The notes under the pieces: model-generated | Seen by the model: the letters and a program-made list of their open reading frames with translations, nothing else | What the model was told of the DNA's origin: nothing | The model's database searches: none | Program-made: the position numbers and the translations under genes | Assembly (NCBI GenBank): GCA_964447495.1 | Contig: CAYUTF010000005.1 | Span: 2,240 to 66,239 of the forward strand | Length of the DNA: 64,000 bases | Direction: 5' to 3' | Source: an uncultured archaeon | GTDB taxonomy: Archaea; Asgardarchaeota; Lokiarchaeia; Sigyniarchaeales; SOKP01 | Part shown: one piece after another, positions 31,001-39,556 of the stretch | Numbering within the stretch: position 1 is the stretch's first letter | Layout of the letters: every line of letters begins with the position of its first letter

Positions 31001-31570
31001 ATTGAACTTGCGGGTAGTGGAATTGTTGTTGGTCCAACATCGTGGTCAAGTGGAGTAGCGGTTACATACGATATTCCTGATGGACTATCTTTAGGAGATC
31101 ATTTCTATACGATCAACTTTACGGATGAAACAAGTAATTTTGTCACTGATCAGGTAAAAATTACAGTACAAGAAGATAGCATTGATCCTGTAATTACTTT
31201 TGCTCCAGAAGATTATGGCTGTTTTACTGGATATACAGATGTGTGTTTCTTTTGGATTGCAACGGATGCTCATCCAGCTACATTTACTGTAGAACATCAA
31301 GATCATGGCATCGTAGCAGGACCAACTCCTTGGACGAGTGGAAATAATGTGAGTTATACCATTCCAGAAGGGCTATCAGTGGGAGAACACTTTTTTACCA
31401 TTAATTTTACTGATGTTGCTGGAAATTTTGCCACGGATACAGTAAAAATCACAATTATTGAGGAAACACCTGTAGAACCTCCTCCAGCAATTCCTTTCGG
31501 AAGTTCATTTTTGGTTTTCATGACAATTTCCATTATTGGAGTAGTAGTGTTCCAGAAAAGGAAAAAATAA
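28070..31570 (+). CDS. Large surface protein: N-terminal TM/signal, about 14 LVIVD beta-propeller repeats, six Ig-like (HYR-like) domains, C-terminal TM anchor
   Basis: Reiterated [26 protein letters not shown] units (LVIVD repeat). These are followed by six modules of about 94 aa (DPVIT..P.D....GYTG..(L/F)SW.ATD.NP.TYTIEL.G.G.VAGPT.W.SG...TY.IPDGLS.G.H.(Y/F)TI.FTD). The C-terminus is [26 protein letters not shown]. Confidence 0.8.
   Translation: [1166 protein letters not shown]
28247..30025 (+). repeat. In-frame tandem coding repeats (LVIVD units, about 126-nt period)
   Basis: For example, 28556-28630 and 28682-28756 differ at only 4 of 75 nt. Confidence 0.8.
30040..31470 (+). repeat. In-frame tandem coding repeats (six Ig-like modules of about 280 nt)
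   Basis: The periodicity is visible in the translated protein, and each module ends in VK(V/L/I)T(V/I). Confidence 0.7.
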
Positions 31571-31576
31571 CCATTA

Positions 31577-31615
31577 TTTTTTTTATTTTATTCTTCTTTT
31601 TTTTTTTTGTTTTTA
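31577..31615 (+). terminator. Oligo-T tract, likely archaeal transcription terminator
   Basis: ttttttttattttattcttcttttttttttttgttttt lies immediately after the surface-protein stop codon. Confidence 0.4.
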
Positions 31616-31807
31616 CAAAACATAATTTATAAATATTCAAAAAATTAATTTTGAAGAAAAGATTCCTACATTTTGTTTGTGAAATGATTCAAATAAAGAA
31701 GAAATTTATCCATGAGATTTAATGAGGGGATATAGATCATTCTGAATGAACTTGATGAAGTAAAAAAATTAATAGAAGAGGAGAAATTCCAAAAGGCTAA
31801 CGATTTA

Positions 31808-33676
31808 TTGGATAAATTGGAGGAAAAAACTGATCTCAAAAAATCAGAATTAGGCTCCTTATTTTTCTATAAAGCTGTAGCATTAGTAAGGAGGGGAAAT
31901 TATCCAGAGACATTGAAATATGCTAAAAAAGCATATCATGTTGTTCCTAAAGAAGCGTTAAGTCCTCGAATGGTTGAAATTTTAGCGATGATGGGTCTTG
32001 CTTCTTGTTGGATAGGAAATTTTGAAATAGGATATCAATATCTAGATGAAGCTGAGCAGAAATTAAATAACCTAATTGATATTTCAGAAAAAAGACGGAT
32101 TCTTCTGGAAACAATGATATATGCTGATAGGAATTGTGGTTATATGCAACAAGGAAAAAGCGATCTATTCTATGAATCCGCAATGAAGCTTTCAAGTCTA
32201 AGTGAACAGATTAACGACAAATATGTATTGGCTCAAATCTATTATCAATTAGGATCGCTTTATACCTTTATTAGAATTGATATAAAGTTAGCTATAAAAT
32301 ATTCTTTCAAATGTCAACCTCTCGCAGAAGAGTTGGGAAATAATACTTTTATTGCTCTCAATTTAGTAACTATTGGTGCGATTTATGTTATAACAGGTGA
32401 TTTAGAAAAAGCGTTATTTTATCACAAGGAAGCATTGAAAAAAGCTGATATTATCATGATCAAAATGTCTATTTTTAATAATATTTCAATGATATATAGT
32501 CAAAAAGGAGATTTAGATAAAGCTTTAGAATCGCTTGAAAAAGCTTTTGAATTAGCCAATAAAGTTAAAGCCCCATATATTTTGAGCACCACATTGGCAA
32601 GTATGATCGAAGTATTAGTTTTAACAGGCAAAAACGAAAGAGCAAGAGAGCATTTAATTACATTGAAAGAGATTGCTAAAAATGAGAAAAGTCAATTTAC
32701 GGAATTACTTGCCCATTACTGTGAAGGATTTATCTTAAAAACAAAGAGTCGAATTCAAGATCGTGCTAAAGCACAAAATATCTTCGAAGAAATAGTACAG
32801 CAAAACGTGATTTCTGGAGAATTGACAATGAAAGCTCTTATAAATCTGTGTGATTTATTAGTAGAGGAATTTCGCTTTACTTCTGAATTGGAAATATTAG
32901 ATGATCTGAGTATATTACTTGAAAAATTAATAACTATTGCAAAAAGTCTAAATTCTTTTTGGATTTTAACTGAAACTTATCTATTACAAGCAAAATTTGC
33001 TTTATTAAAAGGAGATTTGAAGAGTGCTAGGAAAAAATTAACTGAGGCTCAAGATCTCGCCGAGAAAAATAATCTTAAATTATTAGTTGGTAAAATATCA
33101 TATGAGCATGATAAAATATTACGAAATTTGAAGATGTGGGAATCACTTATAGAAAAAGATGTTCCTTTAAATGAGCGAATCGAGTTAGCTGAATTAACCG
33201 TACATATTGAAAATATGCTTCTTAATCGGAAGGTTTCTCTTGAAATTTCTGAAGAAGACCCCGTAATAATCTTAATCATTACAGAAGGAGGCACACCCAT
33301 ATTTTCACATTCATTTATTAAAGAAAAAACATTTGAAACCCAAATTATTGGTGGATTTCTAACAACAATAGATTACTTTATTAAAGAGACTTTTTCTCAA
33401 GGATTAGATCGAGCAGTTTTCGGAAATTATACACTCTTAATGAAATACATTCAACCTTTTTACATAACCTATATCTTTAGTGGTAATTCTTATTATGCCC
33501 TTCAAAGAATTAATTATTTTACTGAAAATTTGAAAAATAAAGATATAATATGGGAAAAATTAATAGTTAATTGTGAAAAGGGTAAAACTATTCGCCTTAA
33601 TGATATTCCTTTACTGGAAACATTGATAAGTAATACTTTTATATACAAAAATGTAGAATTAAATCAACTAATATAA
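31808..33676 (+). CDS. TPR-repeat protein with a C-terminal roadblock/longin-like alpha-beta domain
   Basis: TPR-like helices run through about aa 1-450. The C-terminal segment PVIILIITEGGTPIFSHSF...QIIGGFLTTIDYFIKETF...AVFGNYTLLMKYIQPFYITYIFSG..YYALQRINYFTENL has a strand-helix-strand-strand-helix pattern. The frame is open from 31736 with no canonical start before TTG 31808. Confidence 0.5.
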   Translation: MDKLEEKTDLKKSELGSLFFYKAVALVRRGNYPETLKYAKKAYHVVPKEALSPRMVEILAMMGLASCWIGNFEIGYQYLDEAEQKLNNLIDISEKRRILLETMIYADRNCGYMQQGKSDLFYESAMKLSSLSEQINDKYVLAQIYYQLGSLYTFIRIDIKLAIKYSFKCQPLAEELGNNTFIALNLVTIGAIYVITGDLEKALFYHKEALKKADIIMIKMSIFNNISMIYSQKGDLDKALESLEKAFELANKVKAPYILSTTLASMIEVLVLTGKNERAREHLITLKEIAKNEKSQFTELLAHYCEGFILKTKSRIQDRAKAQNIFEEIVQQNVISGELTMKALINLCDLLVEEFRFTSELEILDDLSILLEKLITIAKSLNSFWILTETYLLQAKFALLKGDLKSARKKLTEAQDLAEKNNLKLLVGKISYEHDKILRNLKMWESLIEKDVPLNERIELAELTVHIENMLLNRKVSLEISEEDPVIILIITEGGTPIFSHSFIKEKTFETQIIGGFLTTIDYFIKETFSQGLDRAVFGNYTLLMKYIQPFYITYIFSGNSYYALQRINYFTENLKNKDIIWEKLIVNCEKGKTIRLNDIPLLETLISNTFIYKNVELNQLI

Positions 33677-33779
33677 ATTCTATTACTTTTATTCTTTTTA
33701 TAGCATTAAATGTTTAAATTAATAGAGATATAATTCTAAATTATTGAGAGTTAATCTCTTTTGACTAATACTAAGAATT

Positions 33780-34316
33780 ATGAGTAAAGGAGAATATCAA
33801 TTCAAAATTTCAGTAGTAGGAGATGGAGCGGTAGGCAAAACTTCTCTTATTAAAATGTTTACAAAAGGAATATTTGAAAAAGATTATATCAAAACTATTG
33901 GCGCGCAATTTTCACGATTTGAAAAAGTAATAGAGAATGATAGCGTAAATCTAGTCTTCTGGGATATCGCTGGTCAAGAAGATTTTGATTTTCTTCAGCC
34001 ACTATTTTATAAAGAGAGTAAAGCTTCTATTGTAGTCTATAGTCTTGAAGATAATGATTTAGGTAGAGAGAGTTTTAATCATATAAAGAACTGGGTTCAA
34101 AATCTAAGAAAATATTGCGGAGAAATCCCCCTGATTTTATTTGCTAATAAGGTAGATTTAATAGAGGAAAATGAATTAAATTTACTGGATATAAAGAACA
34201 TAGCTGAAAAACATAATTTTTTTAGCTTTTCCTTGACTTCTGCGAAAACAGGCCAGGGAGTTAATGAAGCATTTAATCTAATCATCCATGAATTATATAA
34301 TAAGTATAGAGAGTAA
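33780..34316 (+). CDS. Rab/Ras-like small GTPase
   Basis: G1 GDGAVGKTS, switch I YIKTIGAQF, G3 WDIAGQE, G4 NKVDL, G5 TSAKTG. There is no C-terminal prenylation Cys. Confidence 0.9.
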   Translation: MSKGEYQFKISVVGDGAVGKTSLIKMFTKGIFEKDYIKTIGAQFSRFEKVIENDSVNLVFWDIAGQEDFDFLQPLFYKESKASIVVYSLEDNDLGRESFNHIKNWVQNLRKYCGEIPLILFANKVDLIEENELNLLDIKNIAEKHNFFSFSLTSAKTGQGVNEAFNLIIHELYNKYRE

Positions 34317-34547
34317 TTAAAAATCTGAGAACTTAAAATGGTTTGTGTTATTTTTGTAAATTATTATTTCTGTATCGAAGATTGTGGCATATATCCTTAA
34401 TATCAAAGGTTAAAGATGCTAAAATCATTATATTTAAACGTATTTTTTGTAAGTTAAGGAAAGATTTTTATGGTGAGATGATCTAAAATCTTAATAATTA
34501 TAAATATTTAAATACATTTTTCCGTTATTAGCCTCTTCTTTCTTACA

Positions 34548-36143
34548 ATGACGAATCCTAACTTCCCTCCCGAAGAGATATTCGAAAACAGAGCTGAATT
34601 TGGTTTATACAATTCAATAAGGATGCTAACCAAGATTATTGAGTCATCAGATGATAGTAATAAAAGAAAAAGTGCGATAAAGTATTTAGGATTAGTAAGT
34701 AAAGAAGCACCAGCATATAAAGAAGAGTGTTTTGATAGTATAGAAAACATTTTAATCTCGGAAGAGAATATTGAAATTAAATGCGAAGCGGCTAAGGCTT
34801 TAGGAAAATTAAAACTGAAAAAGGCTTTAAAACCTTTACTATGGATTTTTGATAAATCCGTAGATAACAACGATTTAAGGCTTTCAATATTAAAAGCGAT
34901 CTATAAAATTACATTTGAAGATGCTGAAATTGAACTCTTCATAAAAGAATTAGATTCTTCTCATATTGAAATTAAGGAATATGTGAAAAATCAGTTACTT
35001 ATCCTCAATCCTGAAGTATTGGTAAAAAAATTAATTAATTCTTTACCTAATAAAAATCTTTCAAATAAAAATAAAGCGGAGATAATAAAGTTAATTGCTT
35101 TTGAAATTTCGAGTATAAATTCATCCTTTGAGGGTTCAAGTTTCATAGAAGTAAAGTATCCCGAAATTCTCTCAGAATTAATAAACCAAAAAGAAGTATT
35201 GCTGACAGAAATAACTCAAATATTGAAGACAGATGATAAAAGTCTACTTGAATCATCAATTTCGATTCTTAGTATACTTAAGGATAATATTAAAGAAGAT
35301 ATTATTAAGTTACTCCTTACAGATAATTTCATCATAAAAAAAAATGCAATTACAATTTGTGGTAAACTTCAATTAATTGAGGCTGCAGACTTAATAGTTC
35401 AAAACTTGGATAATCTCTATAATGAGGTAAGCATAGCTTCAATCGAGGCATTAGGAGAGATTGGTGATCTTACAACTGTACCTGATTTACTTGATATTCT
35501 AAATGTTGAAGATATCAGTTTTGAATATTCTGATATTGATATGAAATTCCAAATTATGGATGCTGTAAAAAAAATTTATTTAAAGCATGATCAAATATCC
35601 TATAAGGACTTATATCAATCTTTAGAAAAGGAAAATGACACTATCAGGGCGAGCATCGCATTTATTTTAGGAGAGATAGGAAGAGAAGAATTTATACAAC
35701 CATTAATACGACTATTGAAGATTAAAAACGTAGATGTTAGAAAAAATATAATAATAGCTCTAGGAAAAATAGGACATATCGATGCTTTAGATAATTTAAT
35801 TGATATTATTAATGATGATAGTGCATATTGGCTTATTAAAAAAGTAACTACTGATGCTATATATAATATCTTTCAACAAAATTCGTATAAGATTGATAAA
35901 AATACTAAACAATTGAAATCGGAATTAAATAAAAAAATAGCTATTATTATTGAGCATTTAAGAGAATCAGAGAAGGAAAATTACAAAGTTAAATTAGGTT
36001 TAATAAAATTCTTAGAAACTTTCGGAGATACAAAAGCTTTAGATGCTTTATTGAGAAGAGTTAATGATTTTCATAGAGTAGTTAGAATTTATGCTTCTAA
36101 TGCGATTAAAAAAATCGAGGAAAGATTGGAATTAGGCAATTAA
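34548..36143 (+). CDS. HEAT-repeat (PBS-lyase HEAT-like) protein
   Basis: Recurring units such as EAAKALGKLKLKKALKPLL, SIEALGEIGDLTTVPDLLDIL, IAFILGEIGREEFIQPLIRLL, and IIALGKIGHIDALDNLI. Confidence 0.7.
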   Translation: MTNPNFPPEEIFENRAEFGLYNSIRMLTKIIESSDDSNKRKSAIKYLGLVSKEAPAYKEECFDSIENILISEENIEIKCEAAKALGKLKLKKALKPLLWIFDKSVDNNDLRLSILKAIYKITFEDAEIELFIKELDSSHIEIKEYVKNQLLILNPEVLVKKLINSLPNKNLSNKNKAEIIKLIAFEISSINSSFEGSSFIEVKYPEILSELINQKEVLLTEITQILKTDDKSLLESSISILSILKDNIKEDIIKLLLTDNFIIKKNAITICGKLQLIEAADLIVQNLDNLYNEVSIASIEALGEIGDLTTVPDLLDILNVEDISFEYSDIDMKFQIMDAVKKIYLKHDQISYKDLYQSLEKENDTIRASIAFILGEIGREEFIQPLIRLLKIKNVDVRKNIIIALGKIGHIDALDNLIDIINDDSAYWLIKKVTTDAIYNIFQQNSYKIDKNTKQLKSELNKKIAIIIEHLRESEKENYKVKLGLIKFLETFGDTKALDALLRRVNDFHRVVRIYASNAIKKIEERLELGN

Positions 36144-36310
36144 GTTTCAATTTCATAATTGTTCTTTCACTAGTTATTTAAAGTAAATGAAATGGTTTAA
36201 AAAACTAAATAAGCATTTAATAAATTTTTTTATTTGCTAGCAATTACATTACCATAAGATTTTGATCACAAATGTAGTTTCAATTTTGAATAGTATATGA
36301 GAAAATAGAA

Positions 36311-37807
36311 ATGACTGAAAACCAACCAAAAGAAAAGCAAGAATCCTCTCAATATGAATATTCATTTAATTATATTCAGAAGAAGTTAGAAGGGAAGAAA
36401 GATAGTCTCGGTATGCTCATGAAGGAGATCATCCGAACGGGGATATGTACTGAATGTGGCACATGTGCTGCGGTCTGTCCTGTCTTAGAATGGGATCATG
36501 AGCTAGGAGAACCTAAACTGGTAGGAAAGTGTACGGGATGTGGAATATGTTATAATCAATGTCCACGAACTATAACAGATCCGATACAACTCATGGGAGA
36601 CTTCAAAACAGGTTATGTATCGAACACAAATATTCCCGAAGTCATTGGAGGTCAAGATGGGGGCACTGTGACTTCATTGTTATGCTATTTATTCGATGAA
36701 CATTTAATAGATGCAGCAATCGTTACAATGAAAGATCCTGAAAATCCATGGAACCCAGTTGCACAGATCATAACAACAAAAGAAGATGCTATTAAATCAT
36801 CAGGTTCGATTTATTCACATTCCCAAACTGTTGAGGCTCTTATGGATGCGATTAGACAGGATTACAGGTCGATTGCTTTTGTAGGAACTCCCTGTAATAT
36901 TGATGCCGTTGATAAAATGATGAGTTCTCCTGCAGGAATGCTAAAATACTTCATGAGAGCACATGTATTAAAGTTAGGGCTTTTTTGCATGGATTCATTT
37001 GCACCTGAAGCATTATATTCATTTTTTGATAAAGAAGGAGTTGATCTTAAGCAAGTAAAAAAAATGGATATTAATAAAGGTAAATTTCATTTATACTACG
37101 ATCCGGATAAAGAACCTGTTAAATCATATACCATTAAACAATTAGATAAATTTAAGTCATCGAGTTGTAATTTTTGCACCGATTTAACCGCTGAAAATTC
37201 GGATATCTCTGTTGGATCAGTAGGAAGCGGGCCAAATAAGAATACAGTATTTGCTAGAACCGGGATTGGGGCTGAAATTATTGAGGATGCCGCGAAAAAA
37301 GGATACCTAAAAATTGAACCTTTTAATGCTATAAACCTTAATGCTGTATTATTTTTAGCCAAGCTTAAAAAAGTTTCTCAATATAATATACAGAAACGTA
37401 AAGTATTCATCGTTAAAGATACTATTGAAGAAGAACCACGTATTAAAACAAAACCAGAGGCTGAGAAGTCGAAAACAACGCCAGAATTAGGAGCAAGGAA
37501 ATTTTTACGAGTTACAAAGGATATTAACGAGGAAGAGAATGTTTTAAATATATCTATAACGAATTCTGTTGGCTATGTTTTAGAGAAATTAAAAATAAGA
37601 ATAGTAACCGTAGAAGATTTATTTGAAAGTCGACCATGGATCACGACAATAAAAGAATTATTTCCATACGAAACCATTGAAATTGGATACCCTTTAGAAG
37701 AAAAAGAAGGGAAGATTATTTATGGGAATGTTTTAGTTGAAGCCTCCACAGATGATTTTGGAAAAATATTCTCAAAAACTTTTAAATTAGTACCTAAAGA
37801 AGTATAA
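36311..37807 (+). CDS. FrhB/FdhB-family protein, paralog 3, with a unique C-terminal extension of about 140 aa
   Basis: CTECGTCAAVCP / CTGCGICYNQCP, GGQDGGTVTSLLCYLF, VGTPCNIDAV, CNFCTDLTAENSDISVGSVG. A K/E-rich linker follows, then an unrecognised beta-rich tail. Confidence 0.7.
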   Translation: MTENQPKEKQESSQYEYSFNYIQKKLEGKKDSLGMLMKEIIRTGICTECGTCAAVCPVLEWDHELGEPKLVGKCTGCGICYNQCPRTITDPIQLMGDFKTGYVSNTNIPEVIGGQDGGTVTSLLCYLFDEHLIDAAIVTMKDPENPWNPVAQIITTKEDAIKSSGSIYSHSQTVEALMDAIRQDYRSIAFVGTPCNIDAVDKMMSSPAGMLKYFMRAHVLKLGLFCMDSFAPEALYSFFDKEGVDLKQVKKMDINKGKFHLYYDPDKEPVKSYTIKQLDKFKSSSCNFCTDLTAENSDISVGSVGSGPNKNTVFARTGIGAEIIEDAAKKGYLKIEPFNAINLNAVLFLAKLKKVSQYNIQKRKVFIVKDTIEEEPRIKTKPEAEKSKTTPELGARKFLRVTKDINEEENVLNISITNSVGYVLEKLKIRIVTVEDLFESRPWITTIKELFPYETIEIGYPLEEKEGKIIYGNVLVEASTDDFGKIFSKTFKLVPKEV

Positions 37808-37918
37808 ATCTCAAAAATTTTTAATAAAGTTAAATGAAATAAAATATTATAAAATTATAATAATAGAATGAGAAATTAAAAAAAGAGACATTTTAATCAT
37901 GAAAGAAATAAATAAGAG

Positions 37919-38839
37919 GTGCTCCCGTACTTGAAAATTGCATTGATAGGGCTTTCAGGTTGTGGTAAAACAAGCCTCTACTCTGTTGCTTTTGCGGAAA
38001 AAAGTCCAGAAGACACCAAAAAGTTTAGTCCAACAATTTTATATGAAACTCGAAGGCATCCCTTTTTAGGATTACAAGTTGGCATATTTGACTTTGGAGG
38101 GCAAGAACAATATAGAAAAGAGTATATGGAAAAGCCAGAAGTGTTTAGAGGTACTGATATCTTAATTCCTATTGTGGATTTACATGATCCTAAATCTTTT
38201 AAGCAAGCAAAGGAGTATTTTGAAGGGTTATTAAATATTTATCGAAAAAATAATGAAAAGCCGAAAATCTTTCTATTCTTGCATAAATATGACGTTGAGA
38301 ATTATCAAAAAGAACTTCTCGATACAAACGTTAAAATGGCTAAGGAAGCTTTATTAGATTTGTTCAAGGATTATGAGTTTGATTACAAGTTAACGAGTAT
38401 TTATTTACAAGATGAATTAGCTAAAATTTTCAGGGATATTTTAATATCTTCCTATTCAGAGCTAAAAACTCATGTTGAGAAAGCAGAGAAGCAGTTAGAA
38501 GAAATTAAAGCAAAAATTATTATTTCTGATGTATCGGGAAATGTCATAGTACATAATGTTCAAGGCGTGAGTAGTGGATTAACATTAAGGGGAGATTTAA
38601 GAGACTTTATCAATGCTTGCAATACAGTCCGAGAAAATCTTTTTATGTCAGATTCTGCTGAGTTTAAAGGGAGAAATGATGATGGAAAAGAGATTGAACT
38701 CTACATCTTCAAGTATATCATTTCTGTTCTTGTAATGAAATCTGGGGAGATTGAACGTGAATCTCAAGATAAACTTAATATGTTATTGAATGACATGAAA
38801 TTATTTGCTGATTTAATAATTTCAGCCCACACTGAGTAG
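37919..38839 (+). CDS. Rag/Gtr1-like GTPase with a C-terminal roadblock domain
   Basis: G1 GLSGCGKTS, G3 DFGGQEQY, and an atypical G4 HKYD (compare HKMD of Rag GTPases). TSIYLQDELAKIFRDIL resembles the Rag TSIWDETLYKAW segment. The C-terminal roughly 120 aa show an alpha-beta roadblock pattern. Confidence 0.7.
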   Translation: MLPYLKIALIGLSGCGKTSLYSVAFAEKSPEDTKKFSPTILYETRRHPFLGLQVGIFDFGGQEQYRKEYMEKPEVFRGTDILIPIVDLHDPKSFKQAKEYFEGLLNIYRKNNEKPKIFLFLHKYDVENYQKELLDTNVKMAKEALLDLFKDYEFDYKLTSIYLQDELAKIFRDILISSYSELKTHVEKAEKQLEEIKAKIIISDVSGNVIVHNVQGVSSGLTLRGDLRDFINACNTVRENLFMSDSAEFKGRNDDGKEIELYIFKYIISVLVMKSGEIERESQDKLNMLLNDMKLFADLIISAHTE

Positions 38840-38891
38840 AATCAACCTCAATTAATTTTTATATCTTTTCTATTTATTGAATTCAGTGTAT

Positions 38892-39533
38892 TTAGGTATA
38901 GAATATTCTATAAAGTTCGTCATAAAGTCTTGCAAGCTTAGAAATTACATCGGGATTATTTTGTTGTAAATAATATGAGAGATAACTTGATAAACCTTGT
39001 GGATTTTTAATCCATTCTAAAAAAGCCTCAACTTCTGCTTTTATTAAAGGATCGATATTAATCTCGCCTACTTTTGATAACCCATTATAACTTTTAGCTA
39101 AATTCTCCGCTTCTTCAGTATCGACATCCGTTTCAATAAATGTAGATTTTGATCCTTTTGATATCATAGCAGCAGCCCTTGCTACAGCAGGATAAGCTAA
39201 ATGAAACCATCCTTTCGCTTTAGGACTGATTTGAGCAATCATGTATTTATCTCCATCGGGTGTAGCTGCCCCAATAAGATGCCCCTTATTATGCCGATTG
39301 GTTGCAATGAATCGTTCTGGTGCCATTTGAACAATCGAATAGCGTATACTTGCTACTGTAACTGATTGAGCAGAATTACTTGTCCAAGATGCTAATAGAT
39401 TTTTTATATCGCTTTTAATATTCCAATTCTTTGTTGAATATAGCATTTTTCCATTGTTTGCAATAATTGCTATAGATTTTGCATCTTTATAATGATGCTG
39501 TAATTTGCTGACCACATTTTTAAAATCTGCCAT
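38892..39533 (-). CDS. Profilin-like protein with a C-terminal extension of about 80 aa
   Basis: The profilin-type pattern SIAIIANNGKMLYSTKNWNIKSDIKNL ... VASIRYSIVQMAPERFIATNRHNKGHLIGAATPDGDKYMIAQ parallels eukaryotic AAIIGHDGSVWAQS ... [24 protein letters not shown]. The first roughly 130 aa match profilin length. Confidence 0.55.
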   Translation of the reverse strand: MADFKNVVSKLQHHYKDAKSIAIIANNGKMLYSTKNWNIKSDIKNLLASWTSNSAQSVTVASIRYSIVQMAPERFIATNRHNKGHLIGAATPDGDKYMIAQISPKAKGWFHLAYPAVARAAAMISKGSKSTFIETDVDTEEAENLAKSYNGLSKVGEINIDPLIKAEVEAFLEWIKNPQGLSSYLSYYLQQNNPDVISKLARLYDELYRIFYT

Positions 39534-39556
39534 CTGATTTCCTTTTTACTTTATTA

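Noticed and set aside
28247-31470. Regularly spaced DNA repeats considered as a CRISPR-like array
   Set aside because: The repeats are in-frame protein repeats (LVIVD and Ig-like modules) within one long ORF. There are no unique spacers of constant length and no leader or cas genes.
34508-34870. Minus-strand 120-aa ORF overlapping the HEAT-repeat gene start
   Set aside because: The opposite-strand HEAT protein has clear repeat structure. The 120-aa product is low complexity with no motif.
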